Positions 7,131 through 16,924 are shown, counted from the first letter of the stretch. The stretch: 20,830 nucleotides of DNA from Pseudomonadota bacterium (GCA_918234285.1 CAKJXZ020000029.1:1-20830); one strand, 5' to 3'. Translations and numbers: made by a program. Notes: generated by a model not told the origin, from the sequence alone.

Positions 7131-7841
7131 ATGGAACCGATTTACAAAAGGATATTGCTGAAATTGTCGGGCGAAGGGTTGGCCGGCGAAAATAAAACCG
7201 GGATTAATCCGTCGGTGGTTGCGCGTTTGGCTGCCGAAATCAACGAAATACAGCAACTCGGCGTGCAGGTTTGTTTGGTTATCGGTGGCGGCAACTTTTT
7301 CCGCGGTGCCAAGAATGCCGGTGCCATGATGGACCGCAGCGTTGCCGACCAAATCGGTATGTTGGCCACGGTGATGAACGCTCTGACCATGAAATCGGCC
7401 TTAAATTCCCTGAATTGTCCGGCAACGGTTTATTCCGGATTGTCAATACCGCAGGTTTGCGATACATACAGCTTCCGTAACGCGTTGCGTTCGCTGGAAA
7501 ACGGTGAGGTAGTGATTTTTGCCGGCGGTACCGGAAGCCCGTATTTTACGACCGACACCGGTGCGGCTTTGCGCGCGACCGAAATGCATTGTGACGTGTT
7601 GATGAAAGCAACTCAGGTGGACGGTGTTTACAGCGCCGACCCGCGCCATAATGCCGATGCAAAGCGCTATGACAGCATCAGTTATGCCGAGGTGTTGGAA
7701 AAGCATTTAGACGTAATGGATATGACGGCTCTTGCCATGCTGCGCGACACCGGAATACCGACCATGATATTTGCTCAGGCGGAAGACAAAGCCCTGTTGA
7801 GAGCCGTTTGCGGTAAGGTCAGACACACTATTGTTAAATAA
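7131..7841 (+). CDS. pyrH: Uridylate kinase
   Basis: YKRILLKLSGE, GGGNFFRG, ADQIGMLATVMN, GTGSPYFTTDT, VDGVYSADP, VMDMTA. Confidence 0.98.
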   Translation: MEPIYKRILLKLSGEGLAGENKTGINPSVVARLAAEINEIQQLGVQVCLVIGGGNFFRGAKNAGAMMDRSVADQIGMLATVMNALTMKSALNSLNCPATVYSGLSIPQVCDTYSFRNALRSLENGEVVIFAGGTGSPYFTTDTGAALRATEMHCDVLMKATQVDGVYSADPRHNADAKRYDSISYAEVLEKHLDVMDMTALAMLRDTGIPTMIFAQAEDKALLRAVCGKVRHTIVK

Positions 7842-7853
7842 AAAGAGGTAAAC

Positions 7854-8417
7854 ATGACAGATTATAATTCTATGAAAGATGACACCCTGGAAAGAATGGA
7901 AAAAACGTTGGAATCACTGCGCGGTGATTTCGGCGGTTTGCGTGCGGGACGTGCTCATGCCAGCCTGCTTGACGGGATTCTGGTTGAGGCTTACGGTAAT
8001 ATGTCACCGATAAACCAGCTCGGCACGGTCAGTGTTCCCGATGCGCGTACACTTTCGGTCAGCATTTGGGATAAAGGTCTGGTAAAAAATGTTGAAAAAG
8101 CACTGCGTGAAAGCGATTTGGGCTTAAATCCGATGAATGACGGTCAGGTAATTCGTATTCCGATTCCGCCGCTCAGCGAAGAACGCCGCAAAGAACTGGT
8201 GAAAATCGCCGGGAAATATGCCGAACAGGCCAAAATTGCCGTACGCAACATTCGCCGCGACGCCATGGATGAAGTCAAAAAAATGAAGAAAGATTCGCTC
8301 ATTTCCGAAGACGAAGAAAAGAAATACAATAACGATATTCAAAAGTGGACCGATGATACGGTTAAAAAGATAGACGAGCAGTATGCCGCCAAAGAAAAGG
8401 ATATTTTGCAGGTATAG
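7854..8417 (+). CDS. frr: Ribosome recycling factor
   Basis: LRAGRAHASLLD, IPPLSEERRKELVK, AVRNIRRDA, KEKDIL. GAGG RBS. Confidence 0.98.
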   Translation: MTDYNSMKDDTLERMEKTLESLRGDFGGLRAGRAHASLLDGILVEAYGNMSPINQLGTVSVPDARTLSVSIWDKGLVKNVEKALRESDLGLNPMNDGQVIRIPIPPLSEERRKELVKIAGKYAEQAKIAVRNIRRDAMDEVKKMKKDSLISEDEEKKYNNDIQKWTDDTVKKIDEQYAAKEKDILQV

Positions 8418-8426
8418 GATTTGGTC

Positions 8427-9131
8427 GTGGATATCGGGAATTTACAACATATCGCATTTATTATGGATGGAAACCGTCGTTGGGCAAAACAACGCGGTTT
8501 ACCGGCTTTTCAGGGCCATAAAAAAGGCGCCGATACGCTGGTTGAAATTGCCAAAGCGGTGCGTAACTGCGGTGTTAAATATATGACGGTATACGCGTTT
8601 TCCACCGAAAATTGGCACCGTTCCGATACCGAAGTGGCACAACTGATGGGGCTATTGCGTCAATATTTGGACGACGGTTTTAAAGAGTTGCAAAAAGATA
8701 ATGTCCGGATTATTTTCATCGGCGAAAGAGATATGCTGGCCGCGGATATTGTGCAAAAAATCAAGAAAATCGAACAGGAAACACAACACAACTCCGAGGT
8801 TACGCTGTGCGTGGCGCTGAGTTACGGCGGGCGGCAGGAGATTGTGGCGGCAACCAAGAAAATTGCCCGTCAGGCGGCGGAAGGTAAGATATCCGTTGAC
8901 GATATCAATGCCGATTTGTTGCAAAAAAACTTATACACGGCGGATATTCCCGATCCGGATTTAATGATTCGTACCGGCGGCGAAATTCGTATCAGCAACT
9001 ATTTGTTATGGCAGCTGTCATACAGTGAATTATATTTTTCACCAACGCTCTGGCCGGATTTTGAGGCAACGGAGTTAACGCAGATTATTGAGAACTATAC
9101 CAAGAGGGAGAGAAGATATGGTAAGTCGTAA
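8427..9131 (+). CDS. uppS: Undecaprenyl/isoprenyl diphosphate synthase
   Basis: HIAFIMDGNRRWA, YAFSTENW, SYGGRQEI, PDLMIRTGGEIRISNYLLWQ, RERRYG. GTG start at 8427 chosen for its 7-nt spacing from AGGA; TTG at 8421 is the alternative. Confidence 0.96.
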   Translation: MDIGNLQHIAFIMDGNRRWAKQRGLPAFQGHKKGADTLVEIAKAVRNCGVKYMTVYAFSTENWHRSDTEVAQLMGLLRQYLDDGFKELQKDNVRIIFIGERDMLAADIVQKIKKIEQETQHNSEVTLCVALSYGGRQEIVAATKKIARQAAEGKISVDDINADLLQKNLYTADIPDPDLMIRTGGEIRISNYLLWQLSYSELYFSPTLWPDFEATELTQIIENYTKRERRYGKS

Positions 9132-10026
9132 AATGGGAGCAATGATTAAACGAGTTTTGGCTGCAATCGTGATGATTCCGATTGCAATTGTCACTCTGTA
9201 TATCGGTAGCCCGTACGTGGAGGTTTTGGCAATTACCGTCGGCGGTTTGTTGGCTTGGGAATGGGCTAATATGTTGGCTCCGGCCAATAAAACATCGCAT
9301 TACGTTACGGCATATATGATGAGTTTGGCGATTGCTATCTGGGCCTATAACTTCGAAATTATATTGCCGATGATATTCATCATATCGCTGATTGTATGGG
9401 GTTTGGCCGAAAAGGAAAAGTTCCGCAAGTTGCTGACTTTGGGTGTACCGTATATTTCCATCGGTGTTGCTTCGCTGATTTGGATGTATCGCTCGTTTGA
9501 CCCGAGTGAAGGCAACTTTGACCCGCGCTTTAATTACAGCTTTATTATGATGGCGTGGTTCTTTTTAATGGTATGGAGTATGGATATCGGCGGTTTGGTG
9601 GTCGGTTGCAATCTGCGCGGTCCGAAATTGGCGCCGAAAATCAGCCCGAACAAAACCTGGTCCGGTTTAATCGGCGGTATTTTATTGGCGGTTTCCGTCA
9701 GTATTATCTTTATGTATTTCTGCACCGAGATTATGGAGATTCCGTTCTATGACTTCAGTAAGTTCCGCTACATTTCGTTCTCCTACAAACCGTTGGAATT
9801 GCAATATGAATGGAATGTCGATAATCAGCTGTTTTACGCCGCTTTAGCCGTATTTATTGCCATTTTGGCGCAAATCGGTGACTTAATCGAATCCGCCATC
9901 AAACGCCTGGCCGGAGTTAAAGATTCCTCCCGACTGATACCGGGGCACGGCGGCATTTTTGACCGTATCGACGGATTGATTTTTGCTTCGGCATTTATGT
10001 ATTTGTTCTTTATCTATATTTTATAA
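9118..10026 (+). CDS. cdsA: Phosphatidate cytidylyltransferase
   Basis: Multi-TM protein with KLAPKISPNKTWSG, GDLIESAIKR, KDSSRLIPGHGGIFDRIDG. ATG 9118 follows GAGGGAG and overlaps the uppS end; exact start uncertain. Confidence 0.95.
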   Translation: MVSRKMGAMIKRVLAAIVMIPIAIVTLYIGSPYVEVLAITVGGLLAWEWANMLAPANKTSHYVTAYMMSLAIAIWAYNFEIILPMIFIISLIVWGLAEKEKFRKLLTLGVPYISIGVASLIWMYRSFDPSEGNFDPRFNYSFIMMAWFFLMVWSMDIGGLVVGCNLRGPKLAPKISPNKTWSGLIGGILLAVSVSIIFMYFCTEIMEIPFYDFSKFRYISFSYKPLELQYEWNVDNQLFYAALAVFIAILAQIGDLIESAIKRLAGVKDSSRLIPGHGGIFDRIDGLIFASAFMYLFFIYIL

Positions 10027-10038
10027 GGTGAGTGGATA

Positions 10039-11457
10039 ATGGAAATAATTTCAAACATTATATACTATATAGTACCGTTCATCGTCCTGTTGGGGATATT
10101 GGTGTTTGTGCACGAATTCGGTCACTTTATCGTTGCGCGGATGCTCAAAGTCAAAGTGGTGGCATTTTCCATCGGTTTCGGTAAGGAATTGTGGAGCCGA
10201 ACCGATAAAAAAGGCACCGAATGGAAAATATCGGCTATACCGCTCGGCGGATATTGCCAGTTTTTGGGGGACGGCGATGCTTCGTCCTCAACTACCGACG
10301 ACAGCTTAAACAAGCTCTCCGCAGAAGATAAAAAACAAGCTTTTGCCCTGCAAAGCACCTGGAAAAAAATCTTAATCGTCGTGGCCGGTCCGTTGTTCAA
10401 CTATCTTTTGGCCATTTTGCTGTTTATGATTTTGTTTGCTTGCTACGGCAAAGCCGTTATCCCTTCTTATGTGGGCGAAGTTATCGCGAACAGCGCGGCA
10501 GAAAAGGCCGGAATTTTGGCCGGCGATAAAATAGTTGCTTTCAACGGCAAACCGACTCCGGACTTTTGGAGTTTGATCCGCGAAACCGATTTAGTTACCC
10601 AAGATGTGGTGGAAGTTGAGGTAGAACGTCCTAATACGGTTAAACTCAGAGCGGAAGAAACCGTGCATGAAGTATGCGGTGAAAAAGTTGAAGAAAAAAT
10701 CATCGGTGTTGTTGCCGCTAAATCGCAAGATGAGGCTGATGGTAAGGAAAATCCGACATTACCGCCGGTTATCGGCAGTGTTATGGCCGGGAGCTCGGCC
10801 GAAAGAGCCGGATTGCAAGAAGGTGACATTATCGAATCGATTAACGACACCAAAATTGCGTCTTTCTACGATTTACAGAAATATGTTGCAACTCATCAGG
10901 ATGAAGAATTGGAAGTTGTCTATCGCCGCAGAGTGACTCTGCAGGCTGATTTGCAAAATACAATAACCGAAGACATTCCGGGCGGAACCAAGCGTCGAAT
11001 GCTCGGTGTTGTTTCGGCTCCCGAATATACTTTTTCCAAGAAAATGGATTTATTCCAAATATTCCCGGAGAGTGTAAAAGAAACCTATAATCTGACGGTT
11101 ATGACCCTGCGCGGGCTCGGGCAAATAATTACCGGCCATCGCGGCGGCAAAGATATAGGCGGTATCATCCGTATTGCCGAAATGTCAGGTGATGCCAGCA
11201 AAAACGGCGGATTGTCGGGTTTCATCTATTTTATGGCACTGATATCGGTTAACTTAGGATTGATTAATCTGTTCCCGATACCGGTTTTGGACGGCGGTAA
11301 TCTCGTTATATTCCTTATTGAGATGGTAATCCGCCGCGAACTCAAGCCTAAGGTTAAGGATTATATTTTCAAATTCGGACTGGTTGTTCTTTTGATAATT
11401 ATGTTGTTGGCCACATGGAATGACATTGTACATTTGATTGGTCGTTGGTTTTATTAA
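10039..11457 (+). CDS. rseP: RIP (M50) intramembrane zinc metalloprotease RseP with two PDZ domains
   Basis: HEFGH zinc motif, FSIGFG, IPLGGY, AGPLFN, NLFPIPVLDGG. Two PDZ units (SAAEKAGILAGD, SSAERAGLQEGD). Confidence 0.97.
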   Translation: MEIISNIIYYIVPFIVLLGILVFVHEFGHFIVARMLKVKVVAFSIGFGKELWSRTDKKGTEWKISAIPLGGYCQFLGDGDASSSTTDDSLNKLSAEDKKQAFALQSTWKKILIVVAGPLFNYLLAILLFMILFACYGKAVIPSYVGEVIANSAAEKAGILAGDKIVAFNGKPTPDFWSLIRETDLVTQDVVEVEVERPNTVKLRAEETVHEVCGEKVEEKIIGVVAAKSQDEADGKENPTLPPVIGSVMAGSSAERAGLQEGDIIESINDTKIASFYDLQKYVATHQDEELEVVYRRRVTLQADLQNTITEDIPGGTKRRMLGVVSAPEYTFSKKMDLFQIFPESVKETYNLTVMTLRGLGQIITGHRGGKDIGGIIRIAEMSGDASKNGGLSGFIYFMALISVNLGLINLFPIPVLDGGNLVIFLIEMVIRRELKPKVKDYIFKFGLVVLLIIMLLATWNDIVHLIGRWFY

Positions 11458-11472
11458 ATAAAGGAAAATAAA

Positions 11473-13731
11473 ATGAGAAAATTAATTTATGCCGGATTAT
11501 TTACGAGTTTAATTGCGTTTCAAGCAAACGCTGCCGGATATTATGTTAAAAACATAGAGGTAAGCGGGTTGGAGCGCGTAGAGAAAACTACGGTGTTGTC
11601 ATATTTGAATCTTCGCAAAAACACCAATGTTTCGCAGGAAGAACTCGATTCCGCATTCAAAAGCTTATATAATACTGGATTGTTCAGCGATATTGATTTT
11701 GACATTTCATCAAAAAATGTTCTCAAAATCAATGTTAAGGAAAATCCGATTATCGGTCAGCGAGCCTTTGACGGCAACGATAAAATCAGCGACAAAGTGT
11801 TGGAAGGCGAAGTTCAACTCGGACCGCGCTCTGTTTATGACAAAGCAAAAGTACAACAGGATGTACAACGCATTTTGGATGTTTATCGTAAAACCGGCCG
11901 CTATTCGGTTACGGTTGAACCTAAAATCATCGAGCATGATGAAAATCGTGTTGATTTGATTTATGAGATTGATGAAGGTAAAGCTGCCACCATTGATAAA
12001 ATCAACTTTTTAGGTAATACTCACTACAGCAGTGCCGATTTGCAGGAAACCATATCCAGTAAGGAAAGCCGCTGGTACCGTTTCTTCAGTTCGGCCGACG
12101 AATATGATGCCGAGAAGCTGGATTATGATAAGGAAATGTTGCGCCGCTTCTACACCGCTCGCGGTTATGCCGATTTTAACGTTCCGTCAGCTATTGCCGA
12201 ATTGAGCGAAGACAATAAATCGTTTATTTTAACCTTTACCTTGGAAGAAGGTCCTCGTTATAAAATCGGCGACATTAACATCACTTCAGAAATTCCGGGT
12301 GTTGATACGGCGCGTCTGTATAAGGATTTGGAGGTATCGAAGGGTGATTGGTACAATGCCGGAGATATTGAAAAATCGATAGCAGAAATGACAGACACCC
12401 TCGGTAAAAAAGGCTTTGCGTTTGTCGATATCGAGCCGGATTTGGATCGTAATACGGCCGATAATATCGTTAATTTGAACTTCATCGTCCATGAGAGTGA
12501 GCGTATTTTCGTAAATCGCATCAACATTACCGGTAACAACCGCACTCTCGACGAAGTTATTCGCCGTGAATTCCGTTTGGAAGAAGGGGATGCGTTCAAT
12601 ATTTCCAAATTACGTGATTCGCGTCGCAATATTGAAAACTTAAACTATTTCAGTAAAGTTGATATGCAAACCAATGTAGTTTCCGACAATAAGGCGGATA
12701 TTGATGTCAATGTGGAAGAAAAATCGACCGGCTACTTCAATGTAGGTGTCGGTTATTCCACTACCAACGGTTTCTTGGTTCGCGCCGGTGTGACCGAAAA
12801 TAACTTCCGAGGCAGAGGTCAGGAAGCGTCCATCAGTGCAGGTATTTCGCAAAGAAACAAAGACTACAGCGTCAGCTTTACTGAACCGTATTTCTTGGGT
12901 CGCAGATTGAGCGCCGGTATTGATTTATTCTTGGAAGATCAGGATTACGAAGATGAGGCATCGTATGATACCCGCACCATCGGCGGTCGCACTCGCTTCG
13001 GCTGGAGATACACCGATCGTTTCTTCCATTATGCACGTTATAACCTGAGTAAGAATGATATTAAAAACGTGAAAGATGAAGCATCCGAGTTCGTTAAGGC
13101 CGAAGAAGGCAGTGCCGTTACATCTTCCGTGGGTGAAACCTTTGTGTATGATCGCCGTGACAGTTCCTTCAACCCGAAAGAAGGTTATTACCTGTCACTC
13201 GGACACGATATTGCCGGCCTGGGTGGAGACACCAAATATAATCGTGTTGATGCGAAGGCCTATAAATATTATACTCTGGCCGATTATTACACCTTTAAGT
13301 TCTTTGCAACCGGCGGCTATATTGCGGGTTACGGCGGCAAAGATGTTCGTATGTCGGACAGATATTATCTGGGCGGCTCGAATATGCGCGGCTTTGAATT
13401 TGCCGGTATCGGTGCTCGTGACAGACGCACCGGCGACGCCCTCGGCGGTAACTGGATGTTTTATGGCGGAGCCGAACTTACCTTCCCTATCGGTTTGGAC
13501 GAGTTAGGTGTTAAAGGCCGTTTGTTCTATGATGTCGGTACCTTGGGTAAACCGGATAAGTTTGATGAAGACAAAATTGCTTACAGTTCGCGCTTAAGAC
13601 AATCAATCGGTTTCGGTTTCGACTGGATATCGCCGATGGGTAAAGTTGATTTGGACTTTGGTTACCCGATCAGCAAAGAACCGTATGATGAAAAAGAAAT
13701 CTTCCGTTTGAATTTCGGTACGAGTTTATAG
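11473..13731 (+). CDS. bamA: Outer membrane protein assembly factor BamA
   Basis: Signal peptide, POTRA repeats ([27 protein letters not shown]), MRGF loop-6 motif, SPMG and terminal FRLNFGTSL. Confidence 0.98.
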   Translation: MRKLIYAGLFTSLIAFQANAAGYYVKNIEVSGLERVEKTTVLSYLNLRKNTNVSQEELDSAFKSLYNTGLFSDIDFDISSKNVLKINVKENPIIGQRAFDGNDKISDKVLEGEVQLGPRSVYDKAKVQQDVQRILDVYRKTGRYSVTVEPKIIEHDENRVDLIYEIDEGKAATIDKINFLGNTHYSSADLQETISSKESRWYRFFSSADEYDAEKLDYDKEMLRRFYTARGYADFNVPSAIAELSEDNKSFILTFTLEEGPRYKIGDINITSEIPGVDTARLYKDLEVSKGDWYNAGDIEKSIAEMTDTLGKKGFAFVDIEPDLDRNTADNIVNLNFIVHESERIFVNRINITGNNRTLDEVIRREFRLEEGDAFNISKLRDSRRNIENLNYFSKVDMQTNVVSDNKADIDVNVEEKSTGYFNVGVGYSTTNGFLVRAGVTENNFRGRGQEASISAGISQRNKDYSVSFTEPYFLGRRLSAGIDLFLEDQDYEDEASYDTRTIGGRTRFGWRYTDRFFHYARYNLSKNDIKNVKDEASEFVKAEEGSAVTSSVGETFVYDRRDSSFNPKEGYYLSLGHDIAGLGGDTKYNRVDAKAYKYYTLADYYTFKFFATGGYIAGYGGKDVRMSDRYYLGGSNMRGFEFAGIGARDRRTGDALGGNWMFYGGAELTFPIGLDELGVKGRLFYDVGTLGKPDKFDEDKIAYSSRLRQSIGFGFDWISPMGKVDLDFGYPISKEPYDEKEIFRLNFGTSL

Positions 13732-13739
13732 GAGTAATC

Positions 13740-14753
13740 ATGGCAGATAAACGTTTTTATAATATCAGAGAAGATGTAACTTTGGCCCAAGCGGCCGAGG
13801 TTACTTCCTCCGTGTTGGCTGATTCGACCAAGTCCGGCGAGAAAATTGCCGATATTGCCACCATAGAAACAGCCACCGCCGATGACATTTGTTTTTTCTA
13901 CGACCGTAAAAGCAGAGAAAAGGCTGCACAAATGAAGGCCAAAGCCTGTGTAACCACGGCAGATTTGCAATCTTTTGTTCCGGCGGAGGTTGCCGTTTTG
14001 GTTTGCGAAGACCCGAAAATTGCTTTTATTAAACTCAACGAGTTTATGTATAGCGAAAAGAGTTCTGCCGCTGGAATTGATGCCAGTGCCAAAATCGCCG
14101 CAACCGCCAAAATCGGCAATAACTGCTTTATCGGCGCCAATGCTGTTATCGGTGAAAATGTTGAAATCGGTGATAATTGCATAATTGAACCGAATGTGGT
14201 TATTGCTCACGGTTGCAAAATCGGTAATAATTGCCGCATCGGCAACAACGCATCGATTGCTTATGCCGTTATCGGTGCAAACTGCTATATTTATACCGGT
14301 GCCCGTATCGGACAAGACGGTTTCGGTTTTCAGCTGATAAACGGTCAACACCACCGTATTCCGCAACTGGGACGCGTAATTATCGGCAACGATGTCGAGA
14401 TCGGTGCCAATACTTGTATAGACCGCGGTGCGCTGGACGACACGATTATCGGCGACGGCACGCGCATTGATAATTTGGTGCAGATAGCGCATAATGACAA
14501 ACTCGGACGCGGCTGCGTTATTGTATCGCAAGTTGGTATTGCCGGAAGTTGTAACCTTGGTGATTATGTGGTGTTGGGCGGACAAGTCGGTTTGGCGGAC
14601 CATCTCAACATCGGCAGCGGAGCTCAAGTGGCAGCGCAATCAGGGGTTATGCGCGATATTGAACCGGGGGCCGTTATGATGGGCAGCCCGTGCGTTCCGT
14701 TCAAAGACTTTATGCGTCAAGTTTCGTTTTTACAGAAAAATTCAAAAAAATAG
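13740..14753 (+). CDS. lpxD: UDP-3-O-acylglucosamine N-acyltransferase
   Basis: Hexapeptide repeats, [49 protein letters not shown]. Confidence 0.97.
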   Translation: MADKRFYNIREDVTLAQAAEVTSSVLADSTKSGEKIADIATIETATADDICFFYDRKSREKAAQMKAKACVTTADLQSFVPAEVAVLVCEDPKIAFIKLNEFMYSEKSSAAGIDASAKIAATAKIGNNCFIGANAVIGENVEIGDNCIIEPNVVIAHGCKIGNNCRIGNNASIAYAVIGANCYIYTGARIGQDGFGFQLINGQHHRIPQLGRVIIGNDVEIGANTCIDRGALDDTIIGDGTRIDNLVQIAHNDKLGRGCVIVSQVGIAGSCNLGDYVVLGGQVGLADHLNIGSGAQVAAQSGVMRDIEPGAVMMGSPCVPFKDFMRQVSFLQKNSKK

Positions 14754-14761
14754 AGGATAAA

Positions 14762-15208
14762 ATGGCTGAAGAAAAAATTTATAATATTGATGAAATTATG
14801 AAGATGCTCCCACACCGTTACCCGTTTTTGTTGGTAGACAGATTGATTGTGGAAGAACCGGGAGTTAAAGGTGTAGGCATAAAAAATCTGACGATGAACG
14901 AGCTGTTTTTTCAGGGACATTTTCCGAATAATCCGATTATGCCGGGGGTGTTGCAAATTGAAGCAATGGCACAAACCGCCGGTTGTATTGTGATGGCCGA
15001 AGCCGGCGACTATGAAACTCAAAAGCGCAGCGTTTTATTTATGTCGGTTGAAGGAGTTAAATTTCGCAAGCCGGTACGTCCGGGCGACCAGCTGAAAATG
15101 CATCTGGAAAAAGTAAAAGTACACCGCAATATTTACGTGTTCAAAGGTGTATCCAAGGTTGATGACCAGGTGGTGTCGGAAGCTGAATTGACGGCAATGA
15201 TTATCTAA
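14762..15208 (+). CDS. fabZ: 3-hydroxyacyl-ACP dehydratase
   Basis: LPHRYPFLLVD, FFQGHFP, PIMPGVLQIEAMAQ, KFRKPVRPGD. ATG 14762 follows GAGGA. Confidence 0.98.
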   Translation: MAEEKIYNIDEIMKMLPHRYPFLLVDRLIVEEPGVKGVGIKNLTMNELFFQGHFPNNPIMPGVLQIEAMAQTAGCIVMAEAGDYETQKRSVLFMSVEGVKFRKPVRPGDQLKMHLEKVKVHRNIYVFKGVSKVDDQVVSEAELTAMII

Positions 15209-15223
15209 AACAACGAAGATAAC

Positions 15224-15260
15224 AAAAAGGTCTTTCCTTTGCTTAGGAAAGATCTTTTTT
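15224..15260 (+). terminator. Intrinsic terminator of the pyrH-fabZ operon
   Basis: AAAAAGGTCTTTCCT-TTGCTT-AGGAAAGATCTTTTTT stem-loop with U-tract. Confidence 0.85.
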
Positions 15261-15273
15261 TGTATTCTCCAAA

Positions 15274-15315
15274 ATTAAGAACAGTGTTTTTAAATTTAAA
15301 AACACTGTTCTTAAT
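15274..15315. repeat. Perfect 42-bp AT-rich palindrome overlapping the hslO stop codon
   Basis: ATTAAGAACAGTGTTTTTAAA|TTTAAAAACACTGTTCTTAAT, with no spacer and no mismatch. Confidence 0.9.
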
Positions 15316-16204
15316 GTTTCAGCAGTTCGCCTTTATCGAAGGAATATACCTGTCCGCAAAAATTGCAGGTGGCAGTAATTTTGCCGTTTTCAACCATATC
15401 TTCGATGTCTTCCGGCTTCATTGAACTCAAAGTATGTTGCAGTTTTTCGCGGCTGCAACGGCAACCGAAAGTATATTCGCGCTCGCCGTTAACGCGTACC
15501 TGATGTTCGTGATACAAGCGAAACAGAACTTCTTGCAAGTCCAAACTAAAGATTTCCTCGGCCTTGAGTGTATCCGTCAGCATCTTATTTTCATTCCACA
15601 ATTCATTCAGCGCATCATCACCCGCACCGACGTTTCCGCCCTTCTGCGGCATCTTTTGAATTAAGATACCGGCAGATTTCCATACATCACCGTCTTTATC
15701 AAGATACAAGTGCAAATAGGTGTCTATTTGTTCGGAATTCTTGAAATAGCGTAAGGCGCATTCTTCCAGATTTTTACCTTTCAAATCAACCATTCCCTGG
15801 TAGAGTTCGGTATTTTTTCCTTGGTCTACCGTAAAAATCAAGCTGCCGTTTTCCAGCCAGTGCGGAGTCGGTTCGATTTCGCCTTCGGTTTTGCGCAAAG
15901 ACTGCGCGGCCGCTATGGCATCGGCATCATATTTAGCGGTTGCCCGCACCTTGCCGGCAGAAGTAACATCGGCCACCAACACCGAAATCGGTCCGGTTCC
16001 TTGCAGTTGTAAGGTAAAAATGCCGTCAAACTTCATCAAACTTGCAATCAGTGTCCCGAGCGCCGCGGTTTCGGAAATTGCCGCCGCCACATTATCCGGA
16101 TAGTGCGCATGCGAAAAAATCTCCCGCATTACGTTGTCAAGCCGCACAATACGCCCGCGAAAAGCGTTGTTATCCAAATTAAAAGAAATACCGATATCGT
16201 TCAT
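15311..16204 (-). CDS. hslO: Redox-regulated chaperone Hsp33
   Basis: RGRIVRL, TLQLQGTGPI, YQGMV, YFKNSEQI, zinc motif CRCS...CNFC. GAGG RBS. Confidence 0.96.
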   Translation of the reverse strand: MNDIGISFNLDNNAFRGRIVRLDNVMREIFSHAHYPDNVAAAISETAALGTLIASLMKFDGIFTLQLQGTGPISVLVADVTSAGKVRATAKYDADAIAAAQSLRKTEGEIEPTPHWLENGSLIFTVDQGKNTELYQGMVDLKGKNLEECALRYFKNSEQIDTYLHLYLDKDGDVWKSAGILIQKMPQKGGNVGAGDDALNELWNENKMLTDTLKAEEIFSLDLQEVLFRLYHEHQVRVNGEREYTFGCRCSREKLQHTLSSMKPEDIEDMVENGKITATCNFCGQVYSFDKGELLKH

Positions 16205-16228
16205 TATTTAAAAACCTCTTTTATGCTA

Positions 16229-16255
16229 AAATAACATCAACTTTAGATGTTATTT
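16229..16255. promoter_or_regulatory. 10-7-10 inverted repeat in the divergent hslO/recX intergenic region (candidate operator)
   Basis: AAATAACATC-AACTTTA-GATGTTATTT. Confidence 0.45.
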
Positions 16256-16279
16256 AATGTATTTTGAAGGAATTTTCAA

Positions 16280-16849
16280 GTGTTTGATTTAAATGATACG
16301 GAAACATCGCCGTCAAAACCGCAACCTCGTCGCAAGCCGCAGAAAAAAATCACACCGCAACGGCTCAAGAACATAGGGCTTTATTATTTGAAACGTTTTG
16401 AATCATCGACGGAAAATCTGCGTACGGTTTTGCGACGGAGAATTGACGCTTATGCCCGCGAAAATCCGGAATGGAACAAGAATGAGGCTTATGAATGGGC
16501 GGAATCCGTCTTGTCAGAATTCGAACGTTTGCACTATCTGGACGATCGCCGTTTTACCGAGATTAAAGTGCGCGGATATCTGAGTGCGGGCAAACCGGCG
16601 CGCTATATTCAAAACAAACTGCGGGCTAAAGGCATTGACGAAGCGCAAATAAGGTCCGTTTTGGATGAAGAAGAATATAATCCGCTGGAAATGGCGCTGA
16701 AATTGGCAAAGCGCAAAAAAATCGGTCCGTATCGTCCCGTAGAAAGTCGTCGCGAATTTCGGCAAAAAGATATGGGAACACTGATCAGGGCCGGTTTTGA
16801 TTATGATATTGTATGCGAAGTTTTAGACTGTGCGCCGGAGGAAGAATAA
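16280..16849 (+). CDS. recX: Regulatory protein RecX
   Basis: LYYLKRFESSTENLRTVLRRR, YLDDRRF, KLRAKGI, KRKKIGPYR, LIRAGFDYD. GTG start after AAGGA. Confidence 0.92.
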   Translation: MFDLNDTETSPSKPQPRRKPQKKITPQRLKNIGLYYLKRFESSTENLRTVLRRRIDAYARENPEWNKNEAYEWAESVLSEFERLHYLDDRRFTEIKVRGYLSAGKPARYIQNKLRAKGIDEAQIRSVLDEEEYNPLEMALKLAKRKKIGPYRPVESRREFRQKDMGTLIRAGFDYDIVCEVLDCAPEEE

Positions 16850-16864
16850 TTTTGCATTATATAC

Positions 16865-16893
16865 TTTACAAAAAAAGCAGAATTAATTATAAC
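16865..16893 (+). promoter_or_regulatory. Putative promoter of the galE-terC-phosphatase operon
   Basis: TTTACA (16865-16870), 17 nt, TATAAC (16888-16893). Confidence 0.5.
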
Positions 16894-16924
16894 ATTGATA
16901 AATCTGTAAAACGGAGAAAAATTC

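Noticed and set aside
14070-14310. Recurring ATCGGC/ATCGGT units at about 18-nt period
   Set aside because: They encode LpxD hexapeptide repeats and are not a DNA repeat array or CRISPR.
13662-14639. 325-aa ORF on the minus strand
   Set aside because: Antisense shadow of lpxD; hexapeptide-repeat codon bias keeps the frame open, and no family motifs are present.
16221-16229. CIRCE-like half site (TGCTAA) upstream of hslO
   Set aside because: Only a partial half-site match with no partner at 9-nt spacing.
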